A stretch of DNA of 26,129 nt from Nitrosopumilaceae archaeon (GTDB lineage Archaea; Thermoproteota; Nitrososphaeria; Nitrososphaerales; Nitrosopumilaceae): assembly GCA_036556885.1 (NCBI GenBank), contig DATBIP010000008.1, forward strand, positions 1 to 26,129. Reading direction: 5' to 3'. The first letter of the stretch is position 1, and each line of letters starts with the position of its first letter. The notes beneath the pieces are model-generated. The model was not told where the DNA came from and ran no database searches. It saw nothing but the letters and a program-made list of their open reading frames with translations. A program made the translations under genes and the position numbers. This document shows positions 25,539 to 26,129 of the stretch, piece by piece.

Positions 25539-26129
25539 TTATATGGTTGTGTTTTTCAAACTTTTTGTAAACGATGCAATTTTTGATTCAATTTGCCTTG
25601 CAGGAGTTTGTTCCATTATTCGTAAAAATGCACTACCTACAATAATAGCATCCACACCATATGACAAAAGTTTTCTAGCATCATTAGGAGTGCTTACTCC
25701 AAAACCTATTCCGATTGGGATTTTTTTATTTACAATCCTTTTTGTTTTTTTAATTGCATCGATTGTATATTTTTGAATTTTTTTTACCATTCCGGTAGTT
25801 CCATAGATTGATACTAAATACAAAAATCCAGTTGTTGCTTTTAGGATTTTTTTTATTCTTTCTTGGCTTGTATTAGGTGAGATCAAAAAAATTGTATCAA
25901 GTTGGTTTTTTCTAGCAGCATCCAAGTATATTTTTGATTCTTCTATTGCCATGTCAGGTAAGATGATTCCATCTATTCCAACACTTTTTGCTTTTTTCAT
26001 AAATTTGTCAAATCCCTTTCTATACAGTATGTTGGTATAAGTCATCAAAACTAATGGCAAATTAGTTTCAATTCGTATTTTTTTTACTATTTTAAAAAAT
26101 CTCTCAAGATTAGTTCCTTGATTTAATGA
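25539..26129 (-). CDS. trpA: Tryptophan synthase alpha chain, C-terminal part (runs off the right edge)
   Basis: PLVLMTYTN, GIILPD, YLVSIYGTTG, GFGVS and IIVGSA. The frame stays open to the window edge (SLNQGTNLERFF...), so the ORF-track start at 26060 is internal. Confidence 0.95.
   Translation of the reverse strand, partial: SLNQGTNLERFFKIVKKIRIETNLPLVLMTYTNILYRKGFDKFMKKAKSVGIDGIILPDMAIEESKIYLDAARKNQLDTIFLISPNTSQERIKKILKATTGFLYLVSIYGTTGMVKKIQKYTIDAIKKTKRIVNKKIPIGIGFGVSTPNDARKLLSYGVDAIIVGSAFLRIMEQTPARQIESKIASFTKSLKNTTI

Noticed and set aside
1-26129. CRISPR arrays, tRNA/rRNA genes, integrases, transposases, inteins and frameshifted pseudogenes
   Set aside because: No regularly spaced repeats, cloverleaf or T-loop signatures, recombinase motifs or broken reading frames were seen by eye.

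Overview
AT-rich archaeal chromosome segment, very likely Nitrososphaerota (Thaumarchaeota; Nitrosopumilales-like). The assignment rests on gene content: PolB, Rpo6, eS25, eS26, archaeal-type ThrRS, Alba, parvulin and an archaellin-like gene. Most of the window is housekeeping: tpiA (partial), dCMP deaminase-polB-SemiSWEET, Hef-type helicase, parvulin, menA-like, thrS, agmatinase, deoxyhypusine synthase-like, CDP-alcohol phosphatidyltransferase, PfkB kinase, NAD kinase-wHTH fusion, pyrG and trpA (partial). Single accessory genes are scattered among them: three stand-alone receiver domains, an orphan archaellin-like gene, a coiled-coil protein and several tiny Zn/metal-binding ORFs that the ORF track missed. 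The most notable unexplained signal is a 17-bp palindrome, consensus GTTTGTT-N3-AACAAAC. I found it by eye at up to seven positions, each 34-53 nt upstream of one of these accessory genes and next to non-consensus TATA boxes. It suggests a dispersed, possibly activator-controlled signalling/surface-filament regulon, but this is inference and needs a motif scan and experiments. A GC-rich intergenic hairpin with pseudoknot potential (6158-6231) is a candidate ncRNA. I found no tRNA, rRNA, CRISPR array, integrase or transposase.
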